Shown here: positions 12,733-23,230 of the stretch, in pieces
Layout of the letters: each line of letters starts with the position of its first letter
How positions within the stretch are numbered: the stretch's first letter is position 1
Assembly: GCF_963675165.1 (NCBI RefSeq)
Contig: NC_087384.1
Location: 2,678,315 to 2,742,314 of the forward strand
DNA from: Halichondria panicea
Lineage: Eukaryota
Direction of reading: 5' to 3'
DNA: 64,000 bases
Notes under the pieces: generated by a model
Told to the model about the DNA's origin: nothing
The model's database searches: none
What the model saw: the letters and a program-made list of their open reading frames with translations, nothing else
Position numbers and translations under genes: made by a program

Positions 12733-12830
12733 TGTAGCCTCGATCCCAAGCCGCACTTCCCACTTCACTTAGGGAAGGCCGGTGAAGGAGGCTAGATGTT
12801 ATGTACCTTTGGCATCTCCACCGAGGCATC
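12733..12830. mobile_element. MITE family D hairpin copy (gcctcgatcccaagccgcacttccc...).
   Basis: Shares tagcctcgatcccaggccg termini with copies at 13384, 22566, 25960, 33760, 40690, 45750 and 46890. Confidence 0.5.
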
Positions 12831-13140
12831 AGTAGTCCATGTTATCGACCTAGCGTTCAAATAGAAAACGGTTAGGCTGACTATTGGGTACTACCTGATT
12901 CTTCCAGGTACTACCTCAAAAAAGGAATTTCACACCTATTAAAACGGCAATAAAAAGCAATTGGCAATAGTGTGCAAAAACAAGAATAAAATGTGAGTGC
13001 AAAAAGCTATAAACTGCATATAATATATACAGAAATAAAATGTGAGTGCAACAGCCTATAAATTTAAAGTGGGTACTGCTCAGCTATATTTTCTAAAAGT
13101 TTTTCAAGTAAATCCAATGCTCCAAACCTTCTTCCAGAGC

Positions 13141-13996
13141 CTCCAAGTAGAGACTTTTTTTTCAGTATTAATCAGCTCATTTTTCCGTATTTAATGATGA
13201 TTTTCAGTACAAAACATGGAAATGAGATGAAATGCTGTTTAGTGGCTTTGTAATTGCCCCGCCCCTTCAATAAAGGGGCGTGACAAGCGAGACTACGAGA
13301 GCCTAAAGACAGGAATTATGTCCATGAACTTTGACCTTATAATTAAATTTTTGTCTGTGATGTGGGGGCGGCTCAAGAAGCACTAGCCTCGATTCCAGGC
13401 CGCTTGAACAAGGCCTTGTTCAAGCGGCCTGGAATCGAGGCTAAAGAAGCACATGAAACTTTAAATCTTCAATTAATACTAGATCTAGTCTAGTGCAGAT
13501 CCATACAGGGTATTAAAATTAATGTGCTCATGCATCCCAACATGTTGTAAGACTATTGAAATGAATACAGCAAACATTGTTTTATTGCACAAAAAACAAT
13601 CATTATTGTGAAAGAACATTCTGCCGTTTGTGTTCGCCTCTTCACTTATGAGGCAGAGCAGTCTGATTTGTCCTATAGCCTCGGTCCCAAGGACAATGCT
13701 ACAATAGCCCCAGTAGAACTCCACTCAAAATTTGAATATGTAGATCTACTCAGTGTAGCACAAGCCACACAGTAATGATGCACAGGAACATGGGTATTAT
13801 TCTTTCACAATAATGATTGTTTTTTGTGCAATAAAACAATGTTTGCTGTATTCATTTCAATAGTCTTACAACATGTTGGGATGCATGAGCACATTAATTT
13901 TAATACCCTGTATGGATCTGCACTAGATCTAGTATTAATTGAAGATTTAAATACGGAAAAATGAGCTGATTAATACTGAAAAAAAAAGTCTCTACT
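13141..13996. mobile_element. Composite foldback element. Outer arms are 13141-13200 / 13930-13996 and inner arms 13468-13625 / 13790-13945. A family D 60-bp perfect palindrome is nested at 13384-13443.
   Basis: Arms are reverse complements on direct reading. The nested palindrome is tagcctcgattccaggccgcttgaacaaggccttgttcaagcggcctggaatcgaggcta. Confidence 0.75.
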
Positions 13997-14004
13997 TGGA
14001 GGCT

Positions 14005-14300
14005 CTGTAACTTGTTCAGAATCACCGAGTGTTGCTACTCTACTTAGTAGTTAGCTCTCAGTCTGCACTAGAACACTAGCTATTGGTAGCTGCAAGAGTG
14101 AGAAGAGATTGGTAGCTGCAAGAGTGAGAAGAGAGCTGCAAGGCTTGCAGCTCTCTTCTGAAAAGGCTGCAATGGCATTCCAAGTCAGCAAAACCAGGCA
14201 TAACTCAAGAACGAAGCTTTATTTTGCAAATCCACAAATAGCATGCCAAGAAAACATGACTAGAAGCCTATAGAAACTCTTACTTGCACCTCATATAACA
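14005..14300 (-). mobile_element. MITE family A partial or rearranged copy.
   Basis: Contains gagtgttgctactctacttagtagttagctct...gctgcaagagtgagaagag and the 5' end agaaactcttacttgcac. Confidence 0.6.
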
Positions 14301-14591
14301 GCCAGGCACCCAGGTCCCAAATGAACAGTTTGTGCACTCTCAACAAGGCCACATCTGTATAAAGGCCAAAACATTGCTCCCCAAAGGTGTCCGTTATAAA
14401 GAGGTTCCAATGTACTGAACTCATTGTATTTTGCGTAGATCTACATGTAATGTTATAATGTTTAGACCTTGCCATGTCTTGAACATACATTGCAAAATCT
14501 GTTTTGTATGTTTTAAGCGCACGAGTCCTATAGGTACATTTTATACTTTCATTGCGGTAACAATATCATTATAAAATATATTTCCCCCCTA

Positions 14592-14822
14592 GCTATTGGT
14601 AGCTGCAAGAGTGAGAAGAGAGCTCTGCAAGGCTCTTTTACCATTATTTAGACTTTGGCATCCTTAGCAACAATCACCATGGATCATTTCCCACACTTTG
14701 TGATTCTGCGCAGGCAGCAAAATTAATGAATTATCATGTGTGTATATTTATAACAACAATGATGTTTATGTTATGTATGTTAGGCACACCCACCGATCAG
14801 CACCCGTGGTGCTATTGTTCTC
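14592..14822 (+). mobile_element. MITE family A partial copy (3' half).
   Basis: ctagctattggtagctgcaagagtgagaagagagct ... cacccaccgatcagcacccgtggtgct. Confidence 0.6.
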
Positions 14823-15424
14823 ATAAAATGAATTATAAGACATAGATATATAAATACAGCACACAAGATTTAATTCTCTCAGTGTTGTATTGCTGAATTC
14901 AGAATATTCACCTTCTTAGACGTCGTTATGCAATACTTAATGGTCTTTACCAAAATAGACATCGGGTTTTCCGATGTTGGCTCGATTCCATTCAATCATA
15001 AAGCTGCTTCCGGAGGAATTCTCAGCTATATCTCTACGTGAATTGGAGATACTAAAAGAGTATAGTCAGTGAAATTCAATAACCCCAAAATTAAGCCCCT
15101 GAAAATTTCGGCAATGCCTATATCAGTTTGGCCAGGCAAAGTAGATTGTAGTTTCTCATCACATGATTTTTCATGGTGAGACTATGAGTTATGCTGACAG
15201 TGCAACACTTTATCTATACACAAACAAATTTTTACATTATCAGTATACTCAGTGTAATAATTTTGTGTTGTGTAACCGTAGATAAACAAAAAGTATATTG
15301 TATTTCGTTTGTATGCCCACGCCGGTATACAATGGGTGTGGCTCATTAATTTGGGCCACACCCCATGAATAATGAACTTTGGGTTTTGGGGGGAAGGCTA
15401 AAAGCCATGAAGGGGGTGAGATAT

Positions 15425-15800
15425 TGGGTGCCGTTTGTGTCAAAATATTAATGACAAAACCACAAGGTTTGGGTATTTAGTAAAGAACTGAGGGTATTTA
15501 GTAAATGACCGAGGGTATTACAACTGAGGGTATTCATTTTAGTAAACAACTGAGAGTATTATAACTTAGGGTATTTGGAAAGGACTGAGAGTATTATTAT
15601 GTAAATGACTGAGGATATTTAGTAAAACGACTGACAGTATTTAGTAATTGACTGAGTGTATTAGGTCTATTAATTAGTAGATTCTTTAGAGTATAATTAT
15701 TATGTTCACTATACCCTCAGTCATTAATTTACTAAACACCCTCAGTCAGTTGCTAAATACCACCAAAACCTTGTGTTTTTATCATCGACACAAACGCACC
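15425..15800. mobile_element. Foldback element with an internal minisatellite: about 10 tandem 18-20 bp units (actgagggtatt.agtaaa), flanked by inverted arms (gtgtcaaaatattaatgacaaaaccacaaggtttgg / ccaaaaccttgtgtttttatcatcgacac).
   Basis: Direct read of the tandem units and the inverted flanks. Confidence 0.65.
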
Positions 15801-16693
15801 CATAATGAGAAACTACTGATCTACTCTTGGCCTTAGCCTCGATTCCAGCCAATTAAAAATACGTTATGGATTTGGTTGCTTTGTAAATTCCATCAAGACA
15901 TGACTGGTCAATAAGGACTCCTACATGCCTCTCCAGAGCCACTGCTCCCTTTGCTGACAACACCAACGTCAAACGTCACCAGCTCTGGAGTCTGGACGAC
16001 CATGGCTCTTCAGAGTTATGGGAATTTGTACGTGATAAGGTGGAACTCGGTTCAATGCCCTCATTATGGGCATTGTACTTACGAATTGTGTTTACCGTTG
16101 CATTTGAAATGCAAAATTTTGGGCGACATTTTGGGTGAAGCTCGAAGCATAATATAAGGTGCCAGAGTCTATATAACGGTTACCAGTCAATTTTTGTGCA
16201 TGAGCTTAATTATAACCATAATCATAATGATATTCTTTCTCATGGACATAATTATACCATCAGTTTACACGTACACGTATAGTTAGTTGATGAATTGTCA
16301 ACACACGTACACGTAATATAGTTAGTTGATGAATTGTCAACATCAATCTTGGTTGCTAAGATACTACATGTACTATGTAATCAATTATTAATGATCCCAT
16401 TTTATGCATGTGACGCTAACATATACCCATTAGCAATGGCATGACTGTTATGTTAACATAGTGTCAGTTGCATACACCACCGGCTTTACCAGATCAGCCA
16501 TACAAATGTGTTGTCTCCCACGTGCATAACTTTTCTAAACACTATACAAGCTAGTCTCATGTTAACAACGCTAAACAAAATAAAACTATTTATGTATATA
16601 CACAGCCTACAATTTATATAGCTTAGTCCTAAGCTAACTATAGTCAGTGTGCTCTGGTCTCTGTGTAAAATGTCTGAGAGAAGCTGCATGTGA

Positions 16694-17740
16694 TTACAGA
16701 GTTTTGATTGGTGTATGGGGAATTTCATTAAATTGTGAGAATTCAATTTCTTCTTTTGTTGAATTTTCTCTTGGACTGTTAGGGTATGATTCTTCTTCTT
16801 GTGCTGTTCGATCACACACAAAGAAGACGAGTGAGAACACAGAAATCACAATGAACGATAGGGCAGTAAATCCAAGGCGTACACTACCATTGCTGGTGCG
16901 GTTACAGGCGAGAGCATTAGCAGTTGTGTTGGCTGCATAAGTGTCACACCCAAATGCACAGTCAAGAGGCTGTCGATTGTCGGCAAGAAGGTACAAGGGA
17001 AGGCAGCATACTAATACAATCAGGCCAATGGTTACAAGGCCTGTAAAGACTCTTTCACTGTATTCATTGCTTGTAAGAGAGTACAAAAAGTAGCTAACTT
17101 CAGCAAATATTCCAGTGAGTACACAAACAGCAAGAAATGCTGAGCTGCTCGTAATATCTGACCTGTTGCAGAACTCTCTCGACTGTATCATAACTACAAT
17201 AGCCGAATAGAGTGTGTCTAATTTCACAAATATGGTAATCATGTCAATAGCTGAGAACCAATCAGGACTTTTTTTGGTTGTCGTCAGATTTAGTTTTTCC
17301 TTTCGCTTGAGGACCTTCAAAAACTGCTTACTGATGAAGGGAACCATTTGGAAGATTATGAGAGCCACACCTAGACAAAAAGAAGCAGCTCTACGGTTGT
17401 TGTTAACGCACTCTTCATCACAATTGAGTACCGTGCTATATTTATTGAGTAAGTTGGAAATGTTGTCACCATAGAAGTAAAGCAAAGCTCCAATTGTTTG
17501 AACAAAGGACGTTAGAAAGGTTGTGTAGTGACACTTAAAAATGCAAAGATAAACAAAATGGACAATTGTGAGAAGGCCGAAAAAAAGAAAGGCGACAAGT
17601 ACGAACAAAACAAGAGCTGCTGTAGCACTATCCAGATGATCACCATTCGTGAGTGTGATGATTTCTTGAATGATCGTGTTGAGCATGTCAGCTAGCAAAA
17701 GTATAACAAAAAGCCCTCTACTTTCAGGAATTGGTTTAGT
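16694..17740 (-). CDS. Novel multi-pass TM protein, paralog 1, main exon. The acceptor is at 17741-17743. A 6-nt first coding micro-exon (ATGGGG) lies at 17887-17892 with a gtaagg donor.
   Basis: ORF translation (T)KPIPESRGLFVILLLADMLNT...CLPLYLLADNRQPLDCAFGCDTYAANTTANALACN.... It contains 5-6 hydrophobic helices and is about 50% identical to paralog 2. Confidence 0.6.
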   Translation of the reverse strand, partial: TKPIPESRGLFVILLLADMLNTIIQEIITLTNGDHLDSATAALVLFVLVAFLFFGLLTIVHFVYLCIFKCHYTTFLTSFVQTIGALLYFYGDNISNLLNKYSTVLNCDEECVNNNRRAASFCLGVALIIFQMVPFISKQFLKVLKRKEKLNLTTTKKSPDWFSAIDMITIFVKLDTLYSAIVVMIQSREFCNRSDITSSSAFLAVCVLTGIFAEVSYFLYSLTSNEYSERVFTGLVTIGLIVLVCCLPLYLLADNRQPLDCAFGCDTYAANTTANALACNRTSNGSVRLGFTALSFIVISVFSLVFFVCDRTAQEEESYPNSPRENSTKEEIEFSQFNEIPHTPIKTL

Positions 17741-17886
17741 CTGTGGGTATAATAATTATACATTGTCACAGTATTATTGAAGTTGCATGCATTGCACACA
17801 ACTTTTACAATCATGATTTTGAATAAATGCACGTTTTTACAAATTCCTCTATGCACAATAATCTACTTAATCATGCTATACCTTAC

Positions 17887-17892
17887 CCCCAT
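17887..17892 (-). CDS. Putative exon 1 (Met-Gly) of TM paralog 1.
   Basis: ACAAAATGGGG|gtaaggtat. The equivalent ATGGGAAAG|gtaaaat lies upstream of paralog 2, and both splice in frame to a conserved KPIPESRGLF start of exon 2. Confidence 0.4.
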
Positions 17893-18417
17893 TTTGTAAG
17901 TGACTTCAAGTTCTTCTTGTAGCTTAGAAAACTGCTTGACACTTTTGTTTATGTGCGGTATTAATTAAGTTCCATGATGCAATGCAATGTTTACTCAGAT
18001 CTAGCCCCACCCATTCAAACCATATTCAACCAGTTAGAATTTCATCATGCCAGCCTGATGGGATAATAATTATTTAATTTTGCAGATCAGTACATTTATA
18101 ACTGTTAGCAAAGCTTGCAATGTGACTTAGCTAGATAGAGCAAGTTTTCAGATTAACAAATAAGAAAGATATCATGGACTGACTAAGCACATGGTCACAA
18201 TGACCTAAAATACATAACACAAGAAAGTTCTAGAATGTTCCTAAACATAGATATGACATCATTATCAACTAAGTGTGCCTCTAACAATAACTTATATAGA
18301 TCTACTTTTACATGTGTGTAGATTATACTGCAAAAAAGGTAGCTGCATGCTCTACTGCATCATCACAACTAATAAGGCAAACCTGGCCGCTTAGCTAGCT
18401 ACACGTATGGCCTAAGA

Positions 18418-19542
18418 TTAAGTCACAAGAGGGTTGATGTCATCCAACTTCTCTTTCAGTGTCTCCCCAAAATCATTAACAGCTCCACCCACATCGATAT
18501 CAGTGACTGTATCTTTAATTGCTGCACCAACATCAGGAAGATCAATCTCCTCCAGTTTATATTTCATTGCTGAGCCAATTTCGGTGAATTCGTCTCTTGC
18601 TTTTTGGTTAAGGATGAAATACACAATAGGGATTGTGGCGATAAAAATTAGTGACACACTGGTAAATCCTAGCCTCACGCTCTCGTTTACTACGTTGTTA
18701 CAAGCAATAGCATTAGCAGTTGTATTAAACGTGTCTGAGAACGTGTCACACCCAAAGGCACAGTCCAGAGGCTGACGGTTATCAGCAAGAAGGTACAGGG
18801 GAAGGCAAATCATCATGGAGATGAGACCAAATGTCACTAATGTCGAGTAAAGCTTGCTGTTATGTTTGTTGGTTGCCCATGCGTTCAAGAAATATACCAC
18901 TTCTGAAAAAATCCCAATGAATATGCAGACTAGCAGAAAGGTTGTGCTCGCGGCAATGTCAGTGTTGCTGCAATACTCAGTGGTCTGCACCATGCCTATT
19001 ATAGCAGAGTACAGTGTATTAATCTTCACAAACATCGTTATCATGTCAATAGCAGCAAACCAATCAGGAATTTTCTTTGTGACAACTGAGGTTGGTTTCC
19101 GCTTCAGTTTGAGCAGCTTCAATACATTCTTTGTAACAGGAGGAACAATATTAAAAATAATAAGAGCAATTCCCAGGGAAAAAGAAGAAATTATGCGGCT
19201 GTTCACAGTACATACTGAACCACATCCAACATCAACACCGTAGTTGTCAACTAAATCATTTATGTTGTTTCCGTAGAAGAAGAACAATGCACCAATAGTT
19301 TGGATAGTAGACGTTATGAATGTTATGCGGTGCCCTCTAAGAAAGCATAGGTATAAAAAATGAACAATAGCCAACGATCCAAAGAAAACAACAGCAATCA
19401 CCCCAAAAACCGTAAAAGCAGCAATAGCGCTCTCACCCCGACTGCCCTTGGCCAGCAAGATGATCTCTTGTACGAGAGTGTTGAGCATGTCAGCTAGCAA
19501 CAGGACAACAAAAAGTCCCCTACTTTCTGGGATTGGCTTGGA
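18418..19542 (-). CDS. Novel multi-pass TM protein, paralog 2, main exon. The acceptor cag is at 19543-19545. A 9-nt first coding micro-exon (ATGGGAAAG) lies at 19674-19682.
   Basis: Translation (S)KPIPESRGLFVVLLLADMLNT...CLPLYLLADNRQPLDCAFGCDTFSDTFNTTANAIACN.... It is a tandem duplicate in the same orientation, and its acidic C-terminal tail carries DxxxxID-type repeats. Confidence 0.6.
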   Translation of the reverse strand, partial: SKPIPESRGLFVVLLLADMLNTLVQEIILLAKGSRGESAIAAFTVFGVIAVVFFGSLAIVHFLYLCFLRGHRITFITSTIQTIGALFFFYGNNINDLVDNYGVDVGCGSVCTVNSRIISSFSLGIALIIFNIVPPVTKNVLKLLKLKRKPTSVVTKKIPDWFAAIDMITMFVKINTLYSAIIGMVQTTEYCSNTDIAASTTFLLVCIFIGIFSEVVYFLNAWATNKHNSKLYSTLVTFGLISMMICLPLYLLADNRQPLDCAFGCDTFSDTFNTTANAIACNNVVNESVRLGFTSVSLIFIATIPIVYFILNQKARDEFTEIGSAMKYKLEEIDLPDVGAAIKDTVTDIDVGGAVNDFGETLKEKLDDINPLVT

Positions 19543-19673
19543 CTGTGAATTAGAATAACATTGGCACTAAATTATTAACTGTAAAAGAAAACAATACTCA
19601 CATGTACTCATTGCCATTGTATATAAGCATAGACTGTATGGCATTGAGAACAGCTAGAGTAGATATATTTTAC

Positions 19674-19682
19674 CTTTCCCAT
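19674..19682 (-). CDS. Putative exon 1 (Met-Gly-Lys) of TM paralog 2.
   Basis: ATGGGAAAG followed by a gtaaaat donor, in frame with the exon-2 acceptor. Confidence 0.4.
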
Positions 19683-20322
19683 CTTCACTCTTCACTGTGA
19701 CATCCAATTGTTTGTGGTAAAGTAAAGTTGCTGTTTTGCAGCCTAAAAAGTGGGTGGGTCTCGATCACTCGAAATTAAGAATTGCGCATGCTCAATAGCT
19801 CCACAAGTACAATCATGGCCATGTACCACAAGGATCGCTATGATGCACAACCACAATTACATCATCTGAAGTGGAGTGTGAGGTGCACTGAGGTCTTGGA
19901 TCAACTATTTTTCTTGCAATACAAAATATATAATTATACTCGTGTTAGCCTAGCCTCGAGACCGTGTGAATGGCCTGGTCTCGAAAGCAGCAAGAACAAC
20001 CTGAGCAAAATTGGCGAAAATAAAATTTGAGATAACTTTGAGCTCTAAGTTTAATTGTACTCGGCCCAACATATCTGTAACAACTATAGTTAAAATGTCC
20101 AGGGTTGGGCTCCGGCTGGCTGCTAAACTACACTACATGTACCACCAAATTATTATACCAAAAAAATTATTTTTGAAAATAAGAATAACTATAGCGGTTT
20201 ATACAGCTGTCAATGTACTTCACAACAATTATACTACAGGCATCAAGTGCATGTGCTGTTTAATCTTAACTGTCAAACTGTCCATATATAATTATATACT
20301 CGATTACAATGCTGCTTGTTGC

Positions 20323-22401
20323 TTACACGCAGGCTTCGGCTACAATTAAACAGTCACTGTGGTCAACAGAAAGCCCATACGCACCTCTAAATTCTTCGTG
20401 ATTTCGATCTTCTCTCACATTTAATGCTTTGATGTATTCACCCTGGATTGTAAAAACGGCCACATCTTTTTGATTGATCTCACTCACGTACACTGTGTTC
20501 TGACTATCTATTGCAATATCGTATGGTTTCTCCAACTTTTCACCGTTTGCTTTGGCAATGAAAGCTCTTAGAAATTGACCATCAGCCGTGAAGACTTGCA
20601 CTCGATTATTTCCACAATCAGTCACGTATAAGTTGCCAAAACTATCAAATGCAGCATTTTTTGGATAGTTGAACTTCCCAACAGAAATTCCTTGAATGCC
20701 GAAGCATTTCACATGCTTTAGATCAGTTGTAAGTACTTGTATTCGATTGTTTTTCTGATCACACACATAAATGTCGCGAGTCGTTTGATTTAGGCAGATC
20801 CCAATTGGAGAATGAAACTGCAAGGCATGGTTTCCAAGCCTACCAACAGCTGCTTTGAATTTTCCTTTAGGGTCGAATTTCTGAATTCGATGATTTTCAT
20901 TGTCTACTATGTACATGCTGTCGTTTTGGTCAACAATTATCCCACTAGGGCGCTTAAACTGCCCTTTCTTTGATCCTGGTTTTCCAAAGCTGAATTTTTT
21001 CTCCCCATTGGCCGACAGTACAGAAACAACGTTTGTATGACTATCTACCACTATCAATTCACTACCTCTTGTGCTCACTACACTGAAAGGGCCGTTACGT
21101 CCTCGTATTGTTGTTAGTGGCCTCTGTAGGCTTTCCGTCGATGGTACACGGCTTTGTGTACTTGTGAAATGCCTCGATTGGACTATGTAGTCAACGATTC
21201 CATAGGCTTGATTGCCTGCAGTTTGAAACACTACGTCGTCAACGGTTCCATAGGCTTGATTGTCTGCAGTTTGAATCACTAGGTCGTCAATATTATCGTA
21301 AGTGTTGTCTTCTTCTGTCTCCAAGCCTCCAATTATTTCCCCAAATTCTTCACAAGCTCGATTGATGTGAGGATTTGTAATCAGTTCAATGTTGGGCTCT
21401 ACAGTAGGTTTGGTAGCGCTGGTACTACAATTAAGCTCCATGCTAATTTGCTCGATTCTTCTCTGTACAGATGTTTTCATTTGCATCAGCTCGATTTTTG
21501 TTCCAGTTTCAAGTCTTGACTCGGAATACTCAAGGCATCTGGTAATCTTAACATACATATTTTGCACTTGATCCCTTTGGGTGGTTAACACTTTTTGCTG
21601 ATTCTGAATGAGCAAGTTCAGGCTTTTAACTAACTCCACTCCTCGCTGGTCAATAATTTGATGCAACTGATCAATTTCCCTGTGGATGTCTGTTTCAACA
21701 GTCGATTTCTTCATATCGATATCTTTAGCCTTTAAATCGATATTCGTCAAATCTTCTTCGACTTTGCTTAGCATTTGTTTAAGATGTTCAAGGTTTGAAA
21801 CTAGTTGTTTCCTGTGTTTCTCAAATATTGTATCGACAAGGTGATAATCATGACCTTTATGCAAGCTGGCTGTACAATCGCTGCATATCACATTGAAACA
21901 AGTGTTACAATAGATGTTAGCTTCCATTAATGTGTGTTTTTGGCAACTTGACATTACACTGATGGACTCTGCCTCCACTTTACTCACTGATACAACTTCA
22001 TGGTCACGAAAGCCTCCCCATTTTCTATGTGTGTCTGTGCAATTCTCACACATGAATAGCTTACAATTCAGGCAGAAATGGGTCGCTCTGTCCTCCGTGC
22101 AATTTTCGCAATTGGTAGCCTTAGCCTTTTCAACTGTTTTTTGAGCTTTTTGAATTTTATTAGTATGAAAGTCTGTTAGTAACCCATCGATTCCATTGTC
22201 TTGTAGGGGAACAAGGTGTAGACAGGTGGGGCAGGTGAGCGAATGTCCCTTGTGACCCCGGACCACTAGTTTGTCGAGGCAAGGTGATTTACAGAAAATA
22301 TGGAGGCAAGGTAGTACTTTCGGCTCTTTCATGCTATCCTTACAAATGGAGCAGGAGTTAATTTCTTCTTTCATAGAAAGTTTTGCTTGAACTTCAGCCA
22401 T
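20323..22401 (-). CDS. TRIM-NHL family E3 ligase (RING, B-box1, B-box2, coiled coil, 6 NHL repeats) with no filamin domain. Intronless 692-aa ORF.
   Basis: RING CSICKDSMKEPKVLPCLHIFC...CPTC. B-box2 CQKHTLMEANIYCNTCFNVICSDCTASLHKGHDYHLV. NHL motifs YIVDNENHRIQKFD, YVCDQKNNRIQVL, YVTDCGNNRVQVF, YVSEINQKDVAVF. Confidence 0.85.
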   Translation of the reverse strand: MAEVQAKLSMKEEINSCSICKDSMKEPKVLPCLHIFCKSPCLDKLVVRGHKGHSLTCPTCLHLVPLQDNGIDGLLTDFHTNKIQKAQKTVEKAKATNCENCTEDRATHFCLNCKLFMCENCTDTHRKWGGFRDHEVVSVSKVEAESISVMSSCQKHTLMEANIYCNTCFNVICSDCTASLHKGHDYHLVDTIFEKHRKQLVSNLEHLKQMLSKVEEDLTNIDLKAKDIDMKKSTVETDIHREIDQLHQIIDQRGVELVKSLNLLIQNQQKVLTTQRDQVQNMYVKITRCLEYSESRLETGTKIELMQMKTSVQRRIEQISMELNCSTSATKPTVEPNIELITNPHINRACEEFGEIIGGLETEEDNTYDNIDDLVIQTADNQAYGTVDDVVFQTAGNQAYGIVDYIVQSRHFTSTQSRVPSTESLQRPLTTIRGRNGPFSVVSTRGSELIVVDSHTNVVSVLSANGEKKFSFGKPGSKKGQFKRPSGIIVDQNDSMYIVDNENHRIQKFDPKGKFKAAVGRLGNHALQFHSPIGICLNQTTRDIYVCDQKNNRIQVLTTDLKHVKCFGIQGISVGKFNYPKNAAFDSFGNLYVTDCGNNRVQVFTADGQFLRAFIAKANGEKLEKPYDIAIDSQNTVYVSEINQKDVAVFTIQGEYIKALNVREDRNHEEFRGAYGLSVDHSDCLIVAEACV

Positions 22402-22565
22402 ATCAAAGATTTTATTGACATGAACACAGGACTAGGAGTCTATGATCCAGGTTCTAGTTCTGAAGGTAGATCCGAGGGGCTGGCAACAACGTGAAATCTT
22501 GTACAGCAACTTGAAAACAACAGAAAATCAGGCATGAAATAAGCAAAAGGGTGTGGTCTCTAAAT

Positions 22566-22640
22566 GACCATTTCTTGAGAGATCCTCGAATCCTGGCCGC
22601 TTTGAGAAAAGGCCCTGGATTCGAGGCAGTGAAGACAAGT
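22566..22640. mobile_element. MITE family D hairpin copy.
   Basis: cctcgaatcctggccgctttgagaaaaggccctggattcgagg, an inverted repeat. Confidence 0.5.
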
Positions 22641-23089
22641 AGCTAGCTAGAGATTAATATTGTAATAGTTGCTCTGGAAATCTTGAAATCAAGTTATTTC
22701 AAATCTCGTACACCATAAAAACAGCCCCTCGGGTAGATCAGATTCCTAAAAGTCAGAGTGCAGAGGTCTCACGTGGATATTTAATATTGCGCATGCTCAA
22801 TGGCTTAGTATGGTTCTCTTAATTGGTACCAAGGTAACATAATTTTTACAAGAGCTACTGTAGATTTGTTTGCGATATCTCATTTTGCTGGCAAGGTGTG
22901 TGAAATTAATGTTATTCATAGCGTTTCTAATTACTCGCAAGTGGAGATTCATTGATTATTGGGGAAATAAGTGAAATACTAGAATTATGTCATACACTTC
23001 TTACAGGACATGATAATTATGAACACCTTTCAAACAATTTTGCCATAAAAACTGATAGCATAATTATACACAATTGGAAAAATAAATGG

Positions 23090-23230
23090 CTATTTGTACA
23101 GTTTTAATAGTTCATCACTGACGGCTGATGGTGTGAGGACTCCTAGGTCAGTGAAGAGCAGGGAGATGTAGTGGGGAGGGGTGTAGTCAATGGTAGGGTG
23201 GGAGTCTGTGCTCGAGTCCACGCAGCAGTA
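23090..23230 (-). CDS. EIF2B1: EIF2B1 terminal exon (includes stop codon 23090-23092).
   Basis: [46 protein letters not shown], matching the human C-terminus ...[33 protein letters not shown]. Confidence 0.85.
   Translation of the reverse strand, partial: YCCVDSSTDSHPTIDYTPPHYISLLFTDLGVLTPSAVSDELLKLYK

Noticed and set aside
18434-19243. ORFs 18434-18775(+), 18854-19243(+), 17214-17474(+) and 16647-16940(+), antisense to the paralogous TM-protein genes.
   Set aside because: They are antisense shadows of long minus-strand ORFs.
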